DNA of 64,000 nucleotides from Planctomycetota bacterium (GTDB lineage Bacteria; Planctomycetota; Phycisphaerae; UBA1845): NCBI GenBank assembly GCA_038043045.1, contig JBBTCX010000081.1, positions 5,561 to 69,560 of the forward strand, read 5' to 3'. Shown piece by piece: positions 53,729 to 64,000 of this stretch (position 1 is its first letter; each line of letters starts with the position of its first letter). The notes under the pieces were generated by a model. It saw only the letters and a program-made list of their open reading frames with translations, ran no database searches and was not told where the DNA came from. The position numbers and the translations under genes were made by a program.

Positions 53729-55426
53729 TCACGGTCTGTGGTTTTCGTGCATCAGGTCGTGCAGTTCACGGGTGTGAACATCCGTTGGGTTCAATTGGTA
53801 GGCCGCATCGATCTCGCGCCGAGCGTCGTTATTCGCTCCGGACATCCAATGCCCCAGCGCTAGGTTGTAATGTCCTTCGGCAAAATCCGGTTTCGCGGCG
53901 ACAACTCTCTTTAAGTGATCTACTCCGCTCGCAAGATCGCCCTTTTGGATCAAGAGCGCTCCGAGATCATAGTGGGCCATGGTCATCTGCGGATGGGCTT
54001 GGAGGGCCGCGCGAAGGTGGGTTTCGGATTCTTGCAACCGCCCGGCTGAAAAGCGGATTCCAGCGAGCTGATAGTACAAGTCGGCGAGCAGAGTGACATC
54101 GTGTGGCGTGGACAACAATCCCCAATGTTCGGCGGATGCCAGGTGGTCAATGGCTTTGGTGACGATCTGATCGGTGGCAGTGATCCGGGCTTGTTGCGCG
54201 TATCTTCGCCCTTGAAAACTGTGGTATCGGATCACTCCGCAATGTACGGCGAACGTCGTTAGGGCGAACATGAACACGACAAAAGTCCAGCCGGACGATC
54301 GCAGGCGACCACCGGATTTCAACCACCATCGATTCCATTGCATGTCGGGTCGCCTCACCAGGCGAATGAAGAGAACGAACAACCAAGCGACGATGATTCC
54401 CAAAGCCATCGAGAGAAACAGCGGAATCCGATCGTACAATCCGCGACAGGTGATCAGGACTGACAGGAACACGAGAATCAAAACGACCTCTTCAGAAACG
54501 GTGAAATCCACTTGCTTGCGAACGGGTGTGTCGTTCACAACTTTTTTCAAGAGCGCGGGTCTGCCGAATCCAAAGGTCACGTTGCCCTGCGGACAGGCGG
54601 CGACGCAGTCGAGATCCTTGAGGCAGGCGGAATTGACCACCATCCCGAATCGATTCAATTCCTCGTGGACGCGGACATGAGACCCACAAGCGGCCGTGCA
54701 AGCGCCGCATTTCAGACAATCCGTCTGGGTCTTCAGCCGGATTTTTCCCGGTGCAAGTCGATCTGCCAGGCGGAATGCGGCGCCATAGGGACATCCATAA
54801 ATACAGAAGGCTCGTGAACCTAGGACATAGACGATTAGGAAACCGCACACCGCGAAGGTCAGGGCGGTGACACCAGGGCTGGGAAGATTTCGCCAAAAGT
54901 TTTCCGTGGTGAGCGACGCCCAGCCTTGAGCATCGGTACGAAAATGCAACTGGGGCCGGGCACGACCCTCGGAGATTCGCACGACCTGCGGCCAAACGAA
55001 CATGTACAGCGCGGTCACGATGGGAATCCACATCATGGCGCGACTTCGAATCGGTTTGGGGCGGATGCGAAACTTTTCAAGAACCCAGGCGCACAAGTCC
55101 TGAAGTGCCAGAATGTGGCACCCCCAGGAGCAAAAGAACCGTCCGAAGATCAAGGTGGCGAGGAAAACGACGGCCATGAACAGAAAACCGGCCGTGACGA
55201 TACCCAGCTCGAACGTGTACATCACCTCATTCAGTTCCAACGGGGCAAGCGTTTTTCCGGTTATTTTCCAGTGAGCGACATGGAGAGCCATCAGCACGTA
55301 GACGATCGTAAGTGAAGCGGCACGCCAGCCTGGGACTCGCCAAGGCTTCTTGTCGGGAGCACGGTCAGCGGTTGTCGGACACGGCGCTGCCCGTGTCCCT
55401 TGTTTGTCCCGTCTTGATTGCCTCAC
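53729..55426 (-). CDS. NapH/MauN-like integral-membrane 4Fe-4S polyferredoxin fused to C-terminal TPR repeats
   Basis: Track ORF 53729..55885 trimmed to GTG 55426, because the upstream part overlaps the tryptophanase-like gene. An ATG at 55291 is an alternative start. CX3C(P/H) membrane motifs FFCSWGCH and FCIYGCPYG. Ferredoxin motifs CLKCGACTAAC and CLKDLDCVAACP. Multiple TM helices. The C-terminus has TPR-like repeats (AHYDLGALLIQKGDLASGVDHLKRVVAAKPDFAEGHYNLALGH). Confidence 0.75.
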   Translation of the reverse strand: MRQSRRDKQGTRAAPCPTTADRAPDKKPWRVPGWRAASLTIVYVLMALHVAHWKITGKTLAPLELNEVMYTFELGIVTAGFLFMAVVFLATLIFGRFFCSWGCHILALQDLCAWVLEKFRIRPKPIRSRAMMWIPIVTALYMFVWPQVVRISEGRARPQLHFRTDAQGWASLTTENFWRNLPSPGVTALTFAVCGFLIVYVLGSRAFCIYGCPYGAAFRLADRLAPGKIRLKTQTDCLKCGACTAACGSHVRVHEELNRFGMVVNSACLKDLDCVAACPQGNVTFGFGRPALLKKVVNDTPVRKQVDFTVSEEVVLILVFLSVLITCRGLYDRIPLFLSMALGIIVAWLFVLFIRLVRRPDMQWNRWWLKSGGRLRSSGWTFVVFMFALTTFAVHCGVIRYHSFQGRRYAQQARITATDQIVTKAIDHLASAEHWGLLSTPHDVTLLADLYYQLAGIRFSAGRLQESETHLRAALQAHPQMTMAHYDLGALLIQKGDLASGVDHLKRVVAAKPDFAEGHYNLALGHWMSGANNDARREIDAAYQLNPTDVHTRELHDLMHENHRP

Positions 55427-55451
55427 TCCGTGCAAGCCCCTTTCTCGCAGT

Positions 55452-56813
55452 TTACGATTCGATTTCTTCCAAACGTGCGGTGAAATGGCGTAGGGTCGGA
55501 GCTTCCTCGACGATGCGAAGCCTGCGCAACTTGTATCGACGCTCGAACAACTCAATGACGGCTTCGATGACGTAATCAATATGAGACTGGGTATAGACGC
55601 GGCGCGGAATGGCCAGTCGGACGAGTTCCATTTTTGGAGCTGTTCCTCCGCCGCCAAACATAAGGCTTCCGATTTCGACGCTTCGGATCCCCGCCAATCG
55701 GTATAAGCCCACGGCAACGGCCTGACCGGGAAACTCGTGCGGCGGAATGTGTGGACAAAATCGCCGCGCATCGAGGTAGATCGCGTGGCCGCCGGGCGGT
55801 TCCATGATCGGTACGCCGGCGGCGACGAGCTTCTCGCCAAGGTATTCAATACTTCGGATGCGATAGGCCAGGTAGGATTCGTCAACGACCTCGCGAAGTC
55901 CCTGGGCGAGGGCCTCCAAGTCTCGTCCGGCCAAGCCCCCGTACGTGGGAAAGCCTTCGGTCAGGATCAAATTGTTGCGGGCTTTCAGGGCGAGCTCGTC
56001 GTTTCGCAACAGCAACAAACCACCGATGTTTACGAGTCCGTCTTTTTTTGCGCTGATGGTGGCACCATCAACGAGATCGAACGTCTCCCGCACAATGCTG
56101 GAAACGGAACGCGCCTCCATGCCAGCTTCGCGCTTCTTGATAAAGAAAGAATTCTCGGCGAATCGGCAGGCATCCAAAAAAAGAGGAATACCGTGAGCGC
56201 GGCAAATCCCTTGGATTTCGCGGATGTTACCGACGCTTACCGGTTGGCCGCCACCGCTGTTGTTCGTAATGGTAATCATGCAGAGTGGAATGTGAGCGGC
56301 ACCAACTCGGTCGATCAATAATCGCAGTTTCCTTGCATCCATGTTTCCTTTGAATGGGTGTTTGGATTGCGGATCATGGCTTTCGTCGATCACCAGATCC
56401 ACGGCTTCGGCGCCGGAATGTTCAACGTTGGCACGAGTGGTATCGAAATGGTTGTTGTTGGGGACGACCTTTCCGTGGCCACCGAGTAGGTCGAACAGAA
56501 TGCGTTCACTCGCTCGGCCCTGATGAGTGGGGAGAATGTGCGTAAAGCCGGTCAGTTCATTCACTTGGCGGTAAAGTCGAAAGAAGCTTTCCGCGCCGGC
56601 GTAGGATTCATCGCCGCGCATCATGCCCGCCCACTGTTCACTGCTCATCGCGCACGTTCCGCTATCCGTCAGTAGGTCGATCAAAACGTCGGCGGCGTGC
56701 ACCTCGAAGAGATTGAAGCCGGCTTGACGAATAATTCGGTCGCGCTCGTCGGAAGTCGTTGACCGGATAGACTCCACGACCTTGATTCGGAATGGTTCTA
56801 TTATGGTCTTCAT
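55452..56813 (-). CDS. tnaA: Tryptophanase-like beta-eliminating lyase (PLP-dependent)
   Basis: Start at MKTIIEPFRIKVVE (56813). Family motifs [14 protein letters not shown] and the PLP-Lys context ISAKKDGLVNIGG. The specificity positions read HFDTTR and TLRHFTARL, like E. coli TnaA FDTTQ (Asp137) and LRHFTAK (His463) as I recall them. Confidence 0.85.
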   Translation of the reverse strand: MKTIIEPFRIKVVESIRSTTSDERDRIIRQAGFNLFEVHAADVLIDLLTDSGTCAMSSEQWAGMMRGDESYAGAESFFRLYRQVNELTGFTHILPTHQGRASERILFDLLGGHGKVVPNNNHFDTTRANVEHSGAEAVDLVIDESHDPQSKHPFKGNMDARKLRLLIDRVGAAHIPLCMITITNNSGGGQPVSVGNIREIQGICRAHGIPLFLDACRFAENSFFIKKREAGMEARSVSSIVRETFDLVDGATISAKKDGLVNIGGLLLLRNDELALKARNNLILTEGFPTYGGLAGRDLEALAQGLREVVDESYLAYRIRSIEYLGEKLVAAGVPIMEPPGGHAIYLDARRFCPHIPPHEFPGQAVAVGLYRLAGIRSVEIGSLMFGGGGTAPKMELVRLAIPRRVYTQSHIDYVIEAVIELFERRYKLRRLRIVEEAPTLRHFTARLEEIES

Positions 56814-56833
56814 CGATCGAACCCTGCGGACGA

Positions 56834-58336
<1,503 letters not shown>

Positions 58337-58371
58337 TCATCTCTCCCAACAAGCACGACCGCTCGCCAGAA

Positions 58372-60219
58372 TCATTGCCCCGTGAACGTAATTTGAAAGC
58401 CAAGAAAATCTCTCATGTCCACACGATTGTCACCATTGAAGTCCATGCATTCGCACCCGTCGGCCAAAGAATTCCCAGGGCCGGTCTCGCATTGGACATA
58501 CTTTGCGTAATCCGTCAGCTCGATGAGCGCGTTGGCGTCGGTATCACCTCGTACAAACGGATTCAAGGCCAACGCATCAGAGATCATCGGAATCGGCGCG
58601 CCCTTGTTGGTATCCAACCAGAGTTGATACAGCGCGTCGCCCCAGCCATCGGTGACATTGCCATCGCGCAGGGCTTCGATGTAATGCCGGGTGACTGTTT
58701 GATAATTGACCGTCACTTCAACGCGAGCGGCATCTTCGGGGATCCAGAAGTTGGTGTCGTCCCAATGTTGTCCGTCGGCGTAAAGCGCACCGACCGCGGG
58801 CGCGCCACCGGCTTCGTAGTTTGCGTTGTTGAATCCGCGCGGAGGAATGCGAGTGTCCTTAATGATCGAATCGGCGAGGGCCATGTGTGTCGTAACACCG
58901 GCCGGGTAGCCCGTAATCTGTGATGCGAAATCGCTTAGTCCCACGTGCATTTCGTAGATGTCCGTTGATTCTTCATCCAGGTGTGCGGTGGTCGAGTCGT
59001 AATGACCATACTCGCGCACGAGCTGATCGCCCCCGTCATACACTCTGACATTGGTCCAAATGCGACGACCCTCGATATGGCCGGTCGGAATTTTGTGACC
59101 GCTTTCATTGATGACGCGGACGCGCACGCCGCCGCAATCCTGTTCCAATTCAAGCGACGCGGCGCGTTCTAACATCGAAACCGCTTTGGCTCGCCCCTCC
59201 AAAAGCGCAGCCTGATCGACATTGGGGTCCTTTTCATAGTAACGTCCGATGATTTCCAATACCCACGCCGAAGCTCCGGCAAACTCGTGTCGCTTCATAT
59301 CCGTGCGAGTGGGACCGAAGAAGCAGGCCTGCGCCGTGACTTGCGGCATGTGGCAATCCTGGCAGGTGCTGACCACTGTCATCTGGCCACCGAATCGTCC
59401 GCCCATATCCACGCCGCCGTTGGCGAAAGCGCTGAGCTTCCACTCGGTGTACGTGCGTTCGAGTGGAAACTGTTCCCAAGGATCTTCGGTCGGTGTCGCC
59501 TCGTTAAGGTTGTTGTAGCGGAAGGTGCCATTGGGCTGTTTGGTCACGGCCACATTGCCGACGTCGTGGCAAGTGCCACACATGTCGCCCGTTCGATGAA
59601 ACGGAGATGCGATGGTGTCGTGTGGTGCCGTTGTTGCGTCGCTGTATGGCCCTCGGCGAACGCCGTTGGGATCTAATACAAACATAGAGTTTCCGTAATA
59701 CTGTGGTATTCCGGTGAGAGCATTGAGAATTGGCATATCTTCGACCGGGCTGATACCGGGCTTGTAGATCGGATCAACCATGGCGTGGCAGAAGTTGCAA
59801 GTGACGCCGTCTTGGTCCGTTTCGTCGAGCGTGCTTCCGTCGGGTTGATAGGCATGGCCGGTGACGAAGGACAATGGAACATGGCAGCGCATGCAGAAAT
59901 ACCCGACGTTGGCGACGTCTTGATTGGCCGTGGTCATTTGGGCGTAGAACAGCGGGTCACGGCCTGCCTGGCCCATGAGACTGCCGGACCAATTTCGGTG
60001 CGGCTCGTTGACGGGATCGTAGTTGCCGTGGCACATGGCGCAATTCCCCGATGTGAGGATCGACCCCTCGGGCATGTCTCCCACCTGAGTGCCCGACAGG
60101 TGAAAGTCTTGAATGGTCATTGGGACCAAAGCGGCTGCGGCCAAACCCACGGACAATATGATGGCCACCGTGACTTTTTTAACAGACGGCGCAGCAATTC
60201 GATTCCTGAATCCGAGCAT
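58372..60219 (-). CDS. Secreted pentahaem c-type cytochrome with C-terminal dockerin-like module
   Basis: 615-aa ORF with signal peptide KKVTVAIILSVGLAAAALVP. Motifs CAMCH, CMRCH, CNFCH, CGTCH, CQDCH. C-terminus YVQCETGPG...CECMDFNGDNRVDMRDFLGFQ. Confidence 0.85.
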   Translation of the reverse strand: MLGFRNRIAAPSVKKVTVAIILSVGLAAAALVPMTIQDFHLSGTQVGDMPEGSILTSGNCAMCHGNYDPVNEPHRNWSGSLMGQAGRDPLFYAQMTTANQDVANVGYFCMRCHVPLSFVTGHAYQPDGSTLDETDQDGVTCNFCHAMVDPIYKPGISPVEDMPILNALTGIPQYYGNSMFVLDPNGVRRGPYSDATTAPHDTIASPFHRTGDMCGTCHDVGNVAVTKQPNGTFRYNNLNEATPTEDPWEQFPLERTYTEWKLSAFANGGVDMGGRFGGQMTVVSTCQDCHMPQVTAQACFFGPTRTDMKRHEFAGASAWVLEIIGRYYEKDPNVDQAALLEGRAKAVSMLERAASLELEQDCGGVRVRVINESGHKIPTGHIEGRRIWTNVRVYDGGDQLVREYGHYDSTTAHLDEESTDIYEMHVGLSDFASQITGYPAGVTTHMALADSIIKDTRIPPRGFNNANYEAGGAPAVGALYADGQHWDDTNFWIPEDAARVEVTVNYQTVTRHYIEALRDGNVTDGWGDALYQLWLDTNKGAPIPMISDALALNPFVRGDTDANALIELTDYAKYVQCETGPGNSLADGCECMDFNGDNRVDMRDFLGFQITFTGQ

Positions 60220-60961
60220 GGTTTTCCCCCTCCACTATTTCGGAAAAGACCTCTAAGTTCGTGGCCCAGAACATCATCTGGGTGTGTGTCAACTCATTCG
60301 TTTCGAGCAACCTTTCAAAGGTGGTTCGCGACGGACATTGCCCATCGAGACGAAAGGCCTTTGAAAACGACACCCATAATTGTTGAATGGCAGAATCGTC
60401 GAGTTTTCCGGAACGAATCAGCCGACCTTCTACATAGATATCCCACAAGACCGCGTAGCGATCGCGGATGAGATTCTGCTGAACCGGCGAGACAGCAGGC
60501 AACCGAGTATCGTAGCCGAACCGTTCATTCACCATATCCTCGACATGTTGCAGTTGCCGGCGTAGCCAAGGTGTTAACTGTTGGTGATCCAACAGGGACT
60601 CTGGACACAGCGCGATAATCAATGTTGGTTCGCCGACTTCGTTAGAAGAGTCGGATTTTCGAGTGTACAAATCGACGCTTTGAGCGCGGGTGCGCTCGGC
60701 CTCTCGGACGAGACAACAGTTCAAATGCTCCGCCAAGAGTGGAAACTCATCAACCGCATGAGGTACAAGTCCGTCGAGACCAAATCGTCGAAACAAGTCG
60801 CCATGCGCCGCTCGAAACGCACGCCGTCGAAGCTCGACGTCGGTCATTCTGTAGAGTGGATCGAGTACGTCATGCGACGCGCACTCTTGAACGGGATCGC
60901 GCTTGGCGCTCAAGAACGTCGCTTGCTCGACGAAATTCGGATCGTACTCAAATCGCATCAT
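60179..60961 (-). CDS. Cytoplasmic protein of unknown function
   Basis: 260-aa ORF with no signal peptide or TM helix. The start overlaps the TorD-like stop (ATGA at 60958-60961), and the 3' end overlaps the cytochrome gene by 41 nt. It sits where a gamma subunit would be in type II DMSO-reductase operons but shows no haem-b or signal features. Confidence 0.55.
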   Translation of the reverse strand: MMRFEYDPNFVEQATFLSAKRDPVQECASHDVLDPLYRMTDVELRRRAFRAAHGDLFRRFGLDGLVPHAVDEFPLLAEHLNCCLVREAERTRAQSVDLYTRKSDSSNEVGEPTLIIALCPESLLDHQQLTPWLRRQLQHVEDMVNERFGYDTRLPAVSPVQQNLIRDRYAVLWDIYVEGRLIRSGKLDDSAIQQLWVSFSKAFRLDGQCPSRTTFERLLETNELTHTQMMFWATNLEVFSEIVEGENHARIQESNCCAVC

Positions 60962-61731
60962 TTCTCGCTTTCACCAGTCGTCGGACTTTGGATGCCGACT
61001 TGAACCAACTGGTTGGCGGCGGAGGCTCCGCAACCGGAGGTTTCGCAATCAATCGCGGCGTCTCGCGCTTCATCGATCGGTCGGAGTTCGAGCCATTGTG
61101 GACCCATTTCGATGTCGAATTCGCGGCACTCCTCGGCGATAAACGAGGCCGCAAGCGCCGCGAGGCGGCCATAAAAACCTTCAGGTTCGGCTTGAATGAC
61201 CCGGTGAGTGAAGGCGGGCAGCCAACGCGACAGGTGGTCCCGTAGGAACAATCGCTGGGCGTCCGCGCAGGTTTCAGCGAGTTCGGGATGATCTTGATTC
61301 CGCCCCCAAGCCTCTTTGGCGCACAAGACACTCATGAACTCGAATTCGACGGACAGATGGTCGGATCGTTCGTGGGCGGACTCGCTGATGCTCATTCCAA
61401 ATGCACTGTAAAACCCGGTCAAATCGGCCAATTCGGCGGTTTGTTGGATGATCTCGCTACGTCCATATTCCAACTCGTAAGGCGGACAGGTTCCGCGAAC
61501 GGAATGGCCGAACAGACGCGAATAACTTCCTCGTAAGACTTCCAGGTCCAACGGTCGGAGCGCTTCTGCGGCTTCGGGCCAAAACGAAAGGCGTCCGGGT
61601 TCGCCAAAAAGCTCAACAACCGACATTTCGGGATAACGCCATCCATTGGCCAGCATGCCGTACGCTGCAGCCCGAACCTTCACGGACTTGGTTGCGTTAG
61701 ATCGAGTTTGCATGGCTGGCTGGTCGCACAT
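60958..61731 (-). CDS. TorD/NarJ-family redox-enzyme maturation chaperone
   Basis: 257-aa ORF. YSRLFGHSVRGTCPPYELEYG, DHLSVEFEFMSVL and FLRDHLSRWLPAF match the TorD/DmsD/NarJ-type pattern. Confidence 0.75.
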   Translation of the reverse strand: MCDQPAMQTRSNATKSVKVRAAAYGMLANGWRYPEMSVVELFGEPGRLSFWPEAAEALRPLDLEVLRGSYSRLFGHSVRGTCPPYELEYGRSEIIQQTAELADLTGFYSAFGMSISESAHERSDHLSVEFEFMSVLCAKEAWGRNQDHPELAETCADAQRLFLRDHLSRWLPAFTHRVIQAEPEGFYGRLAALAASFIAEECREFDIEMGPQWLELRPIDEARDAAIDCETSGCGASAANQLVQVGIQSPTTGESEK

Positions 61732-62974
61732 GAATTGGCTCCTCTACTTGGGTACGGAAGATTTCTTTTCCCTTGCGGTTAAAGGCGATCACGGTGTCGT
61801 TGAACATTTCGAACTTCTTCCCGCTTTGTTCCGTTTCATACACTTTATCGCCTTGTTTCATTTCGTAGCGGGCGATGATCTGATTGGATCGGCGGAATAA
61901 CTGTAGAACCGCCAGAAGCTCTCGATCAGGGTTGCGATATCGGTCGATAGCCTGCTCCACTCCCGGGCCAAACATCTGAGTTAAGTACGGCAGGGGCACC
62001 CATCGCGGTGGGATGTAATATCCGTTGGGCTCCGTTCCAAACTGTGGATACAATGGAAGCGCGACTTTGGCCACGTGGATCAGGTAATACAAGGGGTTCT
62101 GCCGATCCTCGATCCACGTATTGTCCGTGTTCACTTTGACCAAGCCCTGCATGCGAACTTGTCCGATGCAAGCGGCCATGCAACGCGTTTCCATGGGAAC
62201 GCCTTGGGTTTCGGGATCGAGTCCCTCGACGCGCGGATAGCAAGCGATGCATTTTTCACTCGTCCGTGTCGTGCCACGGTACAGTGTTTTCTTGTAAGGG
62301 CAAGCTTCTACACACTTGCGATATCCGCGGCATTCGCTTTGGTCGATCAACACGATCCCGTCTTCGGGTCGTTTGTAAATTGCGTTGCGTGGACAGGCGG
62401 CGAGACACGCCGGATAAGAGCAATGATTGCACAGGCGGGCCAGATAGTAGAACCACGCTCGGTGCTTTTTGCCTTCGGCCAAGTCGGTTCCCTGGCCGAA
62501 ATCCATCGGTTTGGTTGGACCTTCTTGGGGAACGTCTTCATGGATGTTGGGGAAGCGCCATTCCTCATCGGCGGGCAAGTACCCGAGTACTTGGTTGGGT
62601 TGCGCTCCGCGAGCGACGAACTCGGGAGCCTCAAACACAGTGCGTCCGGCGAATTCACCGTAAGGTTTCTTGGGATCGCCGTTGGGATGTCCGCTCCAAT
62701 GTTGCTTGCCCGGATTGGCCTGCTCCAAGAGATCAAGCACTTTGACGTCCCAATGTTGCGGATAACCGCCGTAGGGTTTGGTCTCCACATTGGTCCACCA
62801 CATGTGCTCCTGACCTTTGGCAAAGGTCCAAGTGCTCTTGCAAGCCATCGTGCAGGTTTGACAGCCAATGCAGCGGTTGATGTTGATGACGAACGCGAAC
62901 TGTTCCTTCGGCGACGCCTGTTCATAGGGATACTGCATCTGCCGACCAAGCTGCCAGTTAAATACGTTGGGCAT
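61697..62974 (-). CDS. Iron-sulfur (beta) subunit of a type II DMSO-reductase-family enzyme, NxrB/NarH-like
   Basis: 425-aa ORF. N-terminus MPNVFNWQLGRQMQYPYE...FAFVININRCIGCQTCTMACK...WWTNVETKPYGGYP. Fe-S motifs CNHCSYPACLAACP, CRGYRKCVEACPY, CIACYPR. The length and N-terminus resemble the periplasmic Nitrospira/anammox-type NxrB as I recall it. Confidence 0.9.
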   Translation of the reverse strand: MPNVFNWQLGRQMQYPYEQASPKEQFAFVININRCIGCQTCTMACKSTWTFAKGQEHMWWTNVETKPYGGYPQHWDVKVLDLLEQANPGKQHWSGHPNGDPKKPYGEFAGRTVFEAPEFVARGAQPNQVLGYLPADEEWRFPNIHEDVPQEGPTKPMDFGQGTDLAEGKKHRAWFYYLARLCNHCSYPACLAACPRNAIYKRPEDGIVLIDQSECRGYRKCVEACPYKKTLYRGTTRTSEKCIACYPRVEGLDPETQGVPMETRCMAACIGQVRMQGLVKVNTDNTWIEDRQNPLYYLIHVAKVALPLYPQFGTEPNGYYIPPRWVPLPYLTQMFGPGVEQAIDRYRNPDRELLAVLQLFRRSNQIIARYEMKQGDKVYETEQSGKKFEMFNDTVIAFNRKGKEIFRTQVEEPIHVRPASHANSI

Positions 62975-63009
62975 TGAGAATCCTCCTTACCGGCGCGGTG
63001 ACCGCGCGA

Positions 63010-63633
63010 CTACACGGCGCCCGCCAGGGAACGCCGAGAGAGATCTTCCGCCAGGGTCACGTACTGTCCATGTCGAGACGCACACGCTGTCGCCTCGTCG
63101 GCGCGATGAAACGCATCGCGCATGAGCTGCTGCTCGTGCGGACCCAAAGCCTCGTCGGCCATAACGAAGAGCACGTTGTCTTCCTTGTATATGTGTTGTC
63201 GCAAGAGGGCGATGTAGGACGAAGCGGCGCGGCGAACGTTCTTCGCGGCGCCGGCGTCACCCTGGGCCGCGGCGTCGAGATTGTCCGCAATCAAGCGAAT
63301 GAGCGCGCGTCCTTGCTCATGTTCATGGAGCATGCAGCCGATCGGTCCGCCGTCTCTCGGAATTCCGACGCTTTCCAGAATCGGAAAGAGTTGATCTTCT
63401 TCCTTCGCATGGTGACAGCCATCGGCAAAATTGCGCAAGAAGTCGATCGATTGTGTGTAGAATTCACGATCGATCGGCCCGTCGACCTGCCGCTCCATGG
63501 CGTCCAGCACTTTCTCAATGACGCGATGCTCGTTCTTGAGAACCTGCATCGGACTCTCCGTGCCGCTCTGATTGTGCGTCGAACACATGCAACTCATCAT
63601 CATCTCCTTCGTTGACCGTAAAGAATCAGCCAT
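63010..63633 (-). CDS. Hemerythrin-like (HHE cation-binding) domain protein
   Basis: 207-aa ORF. Metal-ligand pattern NEHRVIEKVL, CHHAKEEDQLFP, MLHEHEQGRALI, HIYKEDNVLF. The start could be one of the internal Met codons (MMMSCMC). Confidence 0.8.
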   Translation of the reverse strand: MADSLRSTKEMMMSCMCSTHNQSGTESPMQVLKNEHRVIEKVLDAMERQVDGPIDREFYTQSIDFLRNFADGCHHAKEEDQLFPILESVGIPRDGGPIGCMLHEHEQGRALIRLIADNLDAAAQGDAGAAKNVRRAASSYIALLRQHIYKEDNVLFVMADEALGPHEQQLMRDAFHRADEATACASRHGQYVTLAEDLSRRSLAGAV

Positions 63634-63949
63634 TCAATACTGTTAGGTTGACTACCCGTTTTTCCGTGATCCGTGCGATTGCGCCGTTGCGACGTCCTCC
63701 CCAGCGAGCAAGAACCATGTCCACGAGTTCACGAATTCGCTCCTTGCCCAGAGCCGTGGTAGCCATGAATGGGCCGGCGTAGCCTCGCGTGTTGAACATG
63801 TGCAGGATGCGATCGGCATCAAAGCCAAGCCGCGCATATTCATCGATGAAGCACTCCGCCATTTCACACATGGCCGCATCGTCGGATGTTTCTACCGCTA
63901 CTCCGTGGAGCGTCATCGGGTCGGTTGGATCAGGATCGTCGTAAGGCAT
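63626..63949 (-). CDS. Small acidic protein of unknown function
   Basis: The track ORF starts at a TTG at 63997, and the frame is open to the window edge. ATG 63949 (MPYDDPDP) is preceded by AGGA 8 nt upstream and is preferred. No recognisable motif. Confidence 0.45.
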   Translation of the reverse strand: MPYDDPDPTDPMTLHGVAVETSDDAAMCEMAECFIDEYARLGFDADRILHMFNTRGYAGPFMATTALGKERIRELVDMVLARWGGRRNGAIARITEKRVVNLTVLNG

Positions 63950-64000
63950 CGCTTTATTCCTCGAAAACCTGTTCTTTGCCTGAACGATAGTCGCCAATGA

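Noticed and set aside
55427-55885. N-terminal 153 codons of track ORF 53729..55885
   Set aside because: This part overlaps the 3' end of the tryptophanase-like gene in another frame and is Ser/Arg/Pro-rich. The membrane Fe-S protein is complete from GTG 55426 or ATG 55291.
60179-60200. C-terminal CAVC of the 260-aa protein resembling a eukaryotic CaaX prenylation box
   Set aside because: A four-residue match occurs by chance often. The protein has no secretion signal or effector context, and the codons overlap the next gene start.

Overview
High-GC, densely coding bacterial chromosomal window with about 39 protein genes, one tRNA and one degraded integrase. I saw no rRNA, CRISPR array or intact mobile element. 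The gene content looks like a Planctomycetota/PVC-type genome. This is an inference from the ECF sigma / Ser-Thr kinase pair, dockerin-like EF-hand tails, a BatA/VWA-type membrane cluster and giant secreted proteins. The window falls into four blocks. (i) 1-15.4 kb is a bidirectional multihaem c-type cytochrome supercluster with about 49 canonical CXXCH motifs in 7 genes. It includes an NHL-propeller/octahaem fusion, a NapC/NirT-type membrane cytochrome and an 11-haem/cytochrome-b fusion. An NHL lipoprotein gene, missing from the ORF track, runs off the left edge. (ii) 15.6-30.3 kb is a three-gene Tc (ABC) toxin-like operon. It encodes a 561-aa secreted protein, a 1915-aa protein with a TcA-like C-terminus and an atypical HAF-repeat/LamG N-terminus, and a 2158-aa TcB-TcC (SpvB/FG-GAP/RHS) fusion. 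The fusion carries an unrecognisable 209-aa C-terminal cargo. All three have Sec-type N-termini, and the operon is divergent from an ECF sigma / membrane Ser-Thr kinase pair. (iii) 34-53.6 kb holds an integrase pseudogene with two in-frame stops next to tRNA-Leu(UAA), a WbpM/CapD-type sugar dehydratase and a VWA/Bat-like envelope cluster. It ends with a translationally coupled operon of an NPCBM-domain protein and three HtrA-like protease paralogs, two of which have lost the whole catalytic triad. (iv) 53.7-64 kb is one long minus-strand array. It contains a hemerythrin, an NxrB/NarH-type Fe-S subunit and TorD-like chaperone with no catalytic alpha subunit in view, a dockerin-tailed pentahaem cytochrome, tandem tyrosine-phenol-lyase-like and tryptophanase-like genes, and a polyferredoxin-TPR fusion. 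All calls come from reading translations by eye, and no database search was possible.
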